Shown one piece after another: positions 44,035 through 48,952 of a DNA stretch of 48,952 nt. The notes under the pieces are model-generated. The model ran no database searches, was not told where the DNA came from, and was given only the letters and a program-made list of their open reading frames with translations. This DNA comes from Bacteroidia bacterium (GTDB lineage Bacteria > Bacteroidota > Bacteroidia > NS11-12g > UBA955), in assembly GCA_044371405.1 (NCBI GenBank), contig JBILTS010000001.1, forward strand, positions 1 through 48,952. The letters run 5' to 3'. The position numbers and the translations under genes are program-made. The stretch's first letter is position 1, and each line of letters opens with the position of its first letter.

Positions 44035-46386
44035 ATGATAAATAAAAAAAACATCTGGATTGGCGCTTTAATAATTTTAACGAGCCTAGCATTACCAATT
44101 ATCCAAAGTTGTAAAAAAGAAAAACTGAAATCACCCTGGTCTTTACCGACAGTAACAACTGAAGTAATAGAAGTTACTGAAACATCTGTTTTAGTGTCTG
44201 GGAATATCACCAGCAACGGTGGCATAGCCGTAAACGTAAGCGGCATTTGCTGGGGCACCAGTGAAAATCCTACCATCGAAGACAATAAAACAATCAATGG
44301 TCCTGACAGTGGTTTATTTGTAAGTGAGATTAAAGGATTAACAAGCAATACCACATACTATGTTAGAGCCTATGCCACCAATATAGAAGGTACCGGTTAC
44401 GGAAGCTCAGTCTCATTTACTACTAAAGGTTTAGCTAAAGTGACCACAGCAGATATTACTAATGTTACCCTGATATCTGCAGTTGGCGGAGGAAGTGTAA
44501 CAAACGCCGGCGGGTCTGCAATAACGGCACGAGGTGTTTGTTGGAGTACACAAAATAATCCTACTTTAAATGATGCTAAAACCATTGATAGTAGCGGTTT
44601 AGGAGTATTTATAAGCAATTTAACAAACCTAACAGACGGCTCCACATATTACGTGAGGGCTTATGCAACCAATGCTACAGGTACAAGCTACGGCAACGAA
44701 GTACAATTTACAACCACCTCAGCAGCAGAGCCGATAGTTAACACCACTACCGTAACCAATGTAACTCAAATATCAGCAAACTGCGGTGGCACCATTACCA
44801 GCGATGGAGGTGCATCAATTACAGCAAAAGGGGTCTGTTGGAGTACTAGTCCCAACCCCACAACATCGAACAGTAAATTAAATTTTGGTAGTGGAACAGG
44901 AAGTTTCACAGGTAATTTAACAGGCCTAACTGCTGCAACTACCTATTATGTAAGAGCTTATGCAACAAATAAAGTGGGAACAAGTTACGGAATAGAACAA
45001 CAGTTCACTACACTTTCTCCAACATTACCTGTCTTAACTACAACCGCAGCTTCCAGTATTACACAAATAAAAGCAAATAGTGGCGGCACTATTATAAGTG
45101 ACGGTGCATCGGCCATCACAGAAAAAGGGGTATGCTGGAGCACTAACCCAGGTCCTACAACAGCTAACAAAAAAACCATAGATGGTAACGGAACAGGTGC
45201 TTTTACCAGTAATTTAACAGGTCTGTTAGCCGGAGTTACCTACTATGTCCGAGCTTATGCAAAAAACGCTCTTGGAACGGCGTACGGAAATGAAATACAA
45301 TTTAGAACACTTTCCCCAATTTTGCCAACTTGTTCTACAGCTGCTGTAACCAATATTCTAACTACCACTGCCACTGGTGGTGGCGTAATAACAGATACCG
45401 GATTTGCAAGAATTACAGATAAAGGAATTTGCTGGAGCACAAGTAGTGGTCCCACCACTGCTAATAGTAAAGTATCCAATGGAAGTGGACCGGCAACTTT
45501 TATAAGCAATATCACAGGTCTGTCAGGCGGCGCAGTTAGATATTACGTGCGGGCATATGCTGTAAATTCAGCTGGAACTGCCTATGGAAATGAAGTAACC
45601 TTTACAACACCTCCAACTACCCCAACATTGACCACTACCGCAATATCAAATATTACAAATACAACTGCATCGAGTGGTGGCAATATTTCAAGTGATGGTG
45701 GATCTGCAATTACAGCACGTGGTATTTGCTGGAGTACGAGTAGCGGTCCAACAACTTCGAACAGTAGAACCGTTAATGGTACTGGATTAGGTGCTTTTTC
45801 GAGTAATCTAAATTTCCTTGCAAGCGGGGTCACGTATTATGTTCGTGCATATGCTACAAACGCAATTGGAACTTCTTATGGAAATGAAATTTCCTTCACA
45901 ACTTCTGTTAATATTGGCCAATCTTACAATGGCGGTAAAGTCGCTTATATACTACAATCTGGTGATGCAGGATATGATCCAAATGTGCAGCACGGTTTAA
46001 TTGTTACTAATTCAGACCTATCTGGCGGAATAATCTGGAATAATGGTTCATCAACTACTGGTGCAACAGGGTCTAAAATTGGAGATGGCAGCTCAAATAC
46101 CACTAAAATTGTCACTGTTCAAGGTAATCCAAAAAGTTCATATGCGGCTGGTTTAGCAGATAATCATATCGATGGCATCTACTTTGATTGGTATTTGCCC
46201 TCATCAGACGAGCTACAAAAAATTTATACTAACAGAGTCTCAATTGGTATGGGATCAACCGGATTTTATTGGAGTTCAACTGAGACCTCATCATCAGATG
46301 CAAGGTATATCAATTTCACCAATGGCAATAATACATCTGGAACTAAAACCAGCTCTATGAGAGTTCGAGCTATTAGAAAATTCTAA
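44035..46386 (+). CDS. Surface lipoprotein with six tandem ~97-aa Fn3/Ig-like repeats and a C-terminal DUF1566 (Lcl C-terminal-like) domain
   Basis: Lipoprotein signal ending IIQSC. Six repeats share G[VI]CWST..P....(N/K)...G.G.F.SNLTGL...TYYVRAYATN..GT.YGNE..FTT. The C-terminus has DWYLPSSDEL, YWSST and VRAIR, as in DUF1566. Confidence 0.8.
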   Translation: MINKKNIWIGALIILTSLALPIIQSCKKEKLKSPWSLPTVTTEVIEVTETSVLVSGNITSNGGIAVNVSGICWGTSENPTIEDNKTINGPDSGLFVSEIKGLTSNTTYYVRAYATNIEGTGYGSSVSFTTKGLAKVTTADITNVTLISAVGGGSVTNAGGSAITARGVCWSTQNNPTLNDAKTIDSSGLGVFISNLTNLTDGSTYYVRAYATNATGTSYGNEVQFTTTSAAEPIVNTTTVTNVTQISANCGGTITSDGGASITAKGVCWSTSPNPTTSNSKLNFGSGTGSFTGNLTGLTAATTYYVRAYATNKVGTSYGIEQQFTTLSPTLPVLTTTAASSITQIKANSGGTIISDGASAITEKGVCWSTNPGPTTANKKTIDGNGTGAFTSNLTGLLAGVTYYVRAYAKNALGTAYGNEIQFRTLSPILPTCSTAAVTNILTTTATGGGVITDTGFARITDKGICWSTSSGPTTANSKVSNGSGPATFISNITGLSGGAVRYYVRAYAVNSAGTAYGNEVTFTTPPTTPTLTTTAISNITNTTASSGGNISSDGGSAITARGICWSTSSGPTTSNSRTVNGTGLGAFSSNLNFLASGVTYYVRAYATNAIGTSYGNEISFTTSVNIGQSYNGGKVAYILQSGDAGYDPNVQHGLIVTNSDLSGGIIWNNGSSTTGATGSKIGDGSSNTTKIVTVQGNPKSSYAAGLADNHIDGIYFDWYLPSSDELQKIYTNRVSIGMGSTGFYWSSTETSSSDARYINFTNGNNTSGTKTSSMRVRAIRKF
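44146..45906 (+). repeat. Six in-frame tandem coding repeats, period 291-300 bp
   Basis: The TYYVRAYA codons recur at 44353, 44644, 44941, 45238, 45538 and 45832. The copies have diverged and are not identical at the DNA level. Confidence 0.85.
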
Positions 46387-46461
46387 ACCCAAAGGATTTG
46401 ATTGTATTAGTATATATGAATAATAATTAAAATTAATAAACCAATCAAACAAGAATAAAAA

Positions 46462-47469
46462 ATGAAAAAACTTATCCCAATTATTGGAGTAGCCTTGCTA
46501 ACTTCCTGCTCTGTGCACAGAGAAATTCAAAAAGACACCAAAGCGCATGATCCACAAATTAATGCATCCAGTTTTGGTATGGTCATCAAACCCATTGTTG
46601 CAGACCTTAAAGTGGAATCCGTAAAACAGTCGGTAACCTATACCGCTGATTTAAAATTACCCCTCAGCGAACTCAAGGACAATGCAATGGAATTATTCCT
46701 AACAACCCACAAGTGCGATTATGTGGTAGATCCTGTCTTTTCGAGGGTTACTACCGTTGAGAACTCCAGATTGAGTGAAATTAAGATTACACTTACCGGT
46801 TTTCCTGCCACTTACAGCAAAGTTTACCAGGTAGATTCACTGCCAAAATCTGTAATGCAGTATTCTTCTATTTCATTGCCGGTGAAAAGGGTAGAATATA
46901 CAAATTCCATTATTTCCGAAACAAAGGGCAAATCATTTGGAATGGAATTTTATACAGGCTTTGTGCCAAGCGGTGTTGTTGGGGTGCAACTTGACTATGC
47001 TAAGAACGTTAATGGTTTGCACTACTATCTAGCCGTTGACAGATACTCTACCCCCGGGACTGTAGAATTTGATTACGCTGTTAGCGTACTTAATAAAAAA
47101 TCAGGGAAAATAAGTTATGACCATACTGCGATTTCTTTTGGCGTTTTTAAAGAAAAATCATTCAGTAACCGTTTTAAAATAAGAGGAGCTGGTGGCATTA
47201 ACTATTCATCAATGCCATTTGTAAGCAGTTTTAAAAACACTGCTGACAAAACTTCATTTAACAGCACTAATTCGCTTGGTTTGCGTTTTGGTGCCGCACT
47301 TGATTATCGTCTTTATGGCGGAATTTCATTTGTTGGCAGGGCACATGCTAATGTGGCTCTACGAAATGCTATTAGTCAAGATGGAGAATACACAAGTAAA
47401 ATTTCTAACATCAGAAACAGTGATTATCCTTTACTGAATATCAGTGCAGGATTTCGATTCAATTTCTAG
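46462..47469 (+). CDS. Lipoprotein with C-terminal outer-membrane beta-barrel-like region
   Basis: Lipobox LLTSC. The C-terminal ~150 aa have an alternating pattern ending GFRFNF, a terminal Phe typical of outer-membrane proteins (OMPs). Confidence 0.6.
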   Translation: MKKLIPIIGVALLTSCSVHREIQKDTKAHDPQINASSFGMVIKPIVADLKVESVKQSVTYTADLKLPLSELKDNAMELFLTTHKCDYVVDPVFSRVTTVENSRLSEIKITLTGFPATYSKVYQVDSLPKSVMQYSSISLPVKRVEYTNSIISETKGKSFGMEFYTGFVPSGVVGVQLDYAKNVNGLHYYLAVDRYSTPGTVEFDYAVSVLNKKSGKISYDHTAISFGVFKEKSFSNRFKIRGAGGINYSSMPFVSSFKNTADKTSFNSTNSLGLRFGAALDYRLYGGISFVGRAHANVALRNAISQDGEYTSKISNIRNSDYPLLNISAGFRFNF

Positions 47470-47484
47470 AACTTTAACTGTTAC

Positions 47485-47520
47485 AAAAAAGCCCGTTTTG
47501 AAATCAAAACGGGCTTTTTT
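47485..47520. terminator. Bidirectional rho-independent terminator
   Basis: AAAAAA-GCCCGTTTTG-AAAT-CAAAACGGGC-TTTTTT lies between convergent genes: a 10-bp stem flanked by A6 and T6-7. Confidence 0.8.
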
Positions 47521-47620
47521 TATGGAATGAATTACTTTTTTAAATGCTCAAGTTCATGTATGCAGGGATTTCTTTTATTGGGTTTAATTGAATCTGTACC
47601 ACAAGATAATGTAGGTTACT

Positions 47621-48763
47621 TTAATCTTTCAGCACATCCCTGCTAATCACCACGCGCTGAACCTCGCTGGTACCTTCATATATCTGGGTAATCTTGGCAT
47701 CACGCATCAAACGCTCCACGTGGTATTCCTTAACATAACCGTATCCTCCATGAATCTGAACCGCTTCAACTGCTGTTTTCATGGCCGTTTCGCTGGCAAA
47801 CAACTTGGCCATGGAGCTAGCACGGCCGTAATCCAGATGCTGGTCCTTAAGCCAGGCCGCTTTAAGACAAAGCAGGCGGGCGGCCTCAATTTCAGTAGCC
47901 ATATCGGCCAGTTTGAATGCAATGGCCTGGTGGTTCATAATTTCAGTACCAAACGCCTTGCGCTCCTTTGAATATTTCAACGATAACTCATAAGCACCAC
48001 TGGCAATTCCCAGGGCCTGTGCCGCAATACCAATGCGGCCACCGGTGAGGGTTTTCATGGCAAACTTGAATCCGAAACCATCTTCACCAATGCGGTTTTC
48101 CTTGGGTACTTTCACATCCTGAAACATAATGGAATGCGTATCGCTGCCGCGAATACCCAGTTTATCCTCTTTCTTTCCTACCGTAACACCAGGGCTGTTT
48201 TTCTCTACAATTAAAGCGTTGATGCCTTTGTGTCCTTTTGCGGCATCGGTTTGTGCCATAACCAAATAAACACTGGCACTGTTGCCGTTGGTAATCCAGT
48301 TTTTGGTACCATTTAGCAGGTAATGATCTCCTTTATCTTCAGCAGTGGTGCGTTGGCTGGTAGCATCACTGCCCGCTTCAGGCTCACTCAATAAGAAGGC
48401 ACCTATGATTTCTCCTTTGGCAAGCGGTACCAGATACTTCTGTTTTTGCTCCTCGTTGGCAAAGGTTTCCAGACCCCAGCAAACCAGACTGTTGTTCACA
48501 CTCATAACAACCGAACAGGAAGCATCTACCTTAGATATTTCTTCCATGGCCAGCACATAGCTGATGGTATCCATACCGGATCCTCCGTACTTTGGATCTA
48601 CCATCATACCCATAAAGCCAAGTTCTCCCAGTTTTTTTACCTGTTCGGCAGGAAATTTCTGGTGCTCATCACGCTCTATAACTCCGGGCAGGAGTTCGGT
48701 TTGTGCGAAATCGCGTGCAGCCTGCTGCACTGCTAAATGTTCTTCGGTAAGCTCAAATTGCAT
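47621..48763 (-). CDS. Acyl-CoA dehydrogenase (short/butyryl-CoA dehydrogenase-like)
   Basis: Full-length ACAD pattern (LSEPEAGSD, WITNG, QIHGGYGY, IYEGTSE); 380 aa. Confidence 0.92.
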   Translation of the reverse strand: MQFELTEEHLAVQQAARDFAQTELLPGVIERDEHQKFPAEQVKKLGELGFMGMMVDPKYGGSGMDTISYVLAMEEISKVDASCSVVMSVNNSLVCWGLETFANEEQKQKYLVPLAKGEIIGAFLLSEPEAGSDATSQRTTAEDKGDHYLLNGTKNWITNGNSASVYLVMAQTDAAKGHKGINALIVEKNSPGVTVGKKEDKLGIRGSDTHSIMFQDVKVPKENRIGEDGFGFKFAMKTLTGGRIGIAAQALGIASGAYELSLKYSKERKAFGTEIMNHQAIAFKLADMATEIEAARLLCLKAAWLKDQHLDYGRASSMAKLFASETAMKTAVEAVQIHGGYGYVKEYHVERLMRDAKITQIYEGTSEVQRVVISRDVLKD

Positions 48764-48770
48764 ATGACTG

Positions 48771-48778
48771 CAAAAATA
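48771..48778 (-). promoter_or_regulatory. -7 box TATTTTTG
   Basis: Perfect TAnnTTTG 7 nt upstream of the ATG at 48763. Confidence 0.4.
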
Positions 48779-48952
48779 GGCAAGGTTTGTCAGATTTGGT
48801 TAATGGTGGTTTTGTATAGGATTTTTAGGCGAAACCTGGAAGGTTTCGAGCGCACGCACATGAGGAATCATAAATCAAACACCCTGATTTTTCCCTTACC
48901 GGCTACCCTCGGCTGAAAACACCATACTGCTCTTCAACAGCACCAAATTTTC

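Noticed and set aside
44146-45906. Non-coding satellite or CRISPR-like repeat of about 295 bp.
   Set aside because: The repeats are in frame within one long ORF, have diverged at the DNA level, and encode a conserved protein module.
48830-48952. 8-bp hairpin CGAAACCT-GGA-AGGTTTCG (48830-48848) and a possible gene 3' end on the minus strand (a frame open from the window edge to the stop at 48896-48898).
   Set aside because: The hairpin has no T-tract on either strand. The open frame covers only 18 codons with no recognisable content, so there is too little sequence to call anything.
1-48952. Scan for tRNA, rRNA, RNase P, tmRNA or SRP RNA signatures and for riboswitch-like leaders in the longer intergenic regions (33748-34038, 36877-37066, 43647-44034, 47470-47620).
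   Set aside because: I saw no T-loop GGTTCGAATCC-like motif outside coding sequence, no GAGGAAAGTCC and no other recognisable conserved core. The absence is by eye only and should be confirmed with Infernal/Rfam and tRNAscan-SE.

Overview
The window looks like a chromosomal segment of a Bacteroidota genome. Supporting evidence is two proteins with type IX secretion (T9SS) C-terminal sorting domains, a TonB-dependent receptor, a GH92 mannosidase, RpoN, and many TAnnTTTG -7 promoter boxes close to start codons. Hand counts on sample lines give a background of about 50% G+C. Most of the window is housekeeping or envelope genes. These include fdx-iscX, a fumarylacetoacetate hydrolase (FAH) family gene, rmlD-like, acyl-ACP desaturase, rmlA, Wza-like and Wzz-like exporter genes, tyrS, gap, asnS, rpoN, two DUF47 genes with a PiT phosphate transporter, and an acyl-CoA dehydrogenase. 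Four strongly AT-rich insertions interrupt this background. (i) A single secreted YwqK/MORN-like gene lies at 1456-2577. (ii) A REP-associated tyrosine transposase (RAYT) at 3738-4199 is bracketed by two same-orientation clusters of short GC-rich hairpin (REP/BIME-like) repeats. (iii) A four-gene cassette of unknown function lies at 30380-33738; its first protein carries family-4 uracil-DNA-glycosylase (UDG) landmark motifs in altered form. (iv) A lipoprotein with six ~97-aa tandem repeats and a DUF1566 tail is paired with a lipoprotein/beta-barrel gene at 44035-47469. I regard cassette (iii) as the best candidate for an undescribed system, but its function is inference only. I recognised no CRISPR array, tRNA, rRNA, integrase or canonical defence gene. 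The first gene, an AAA+ ATPase, is cut by the window edge.
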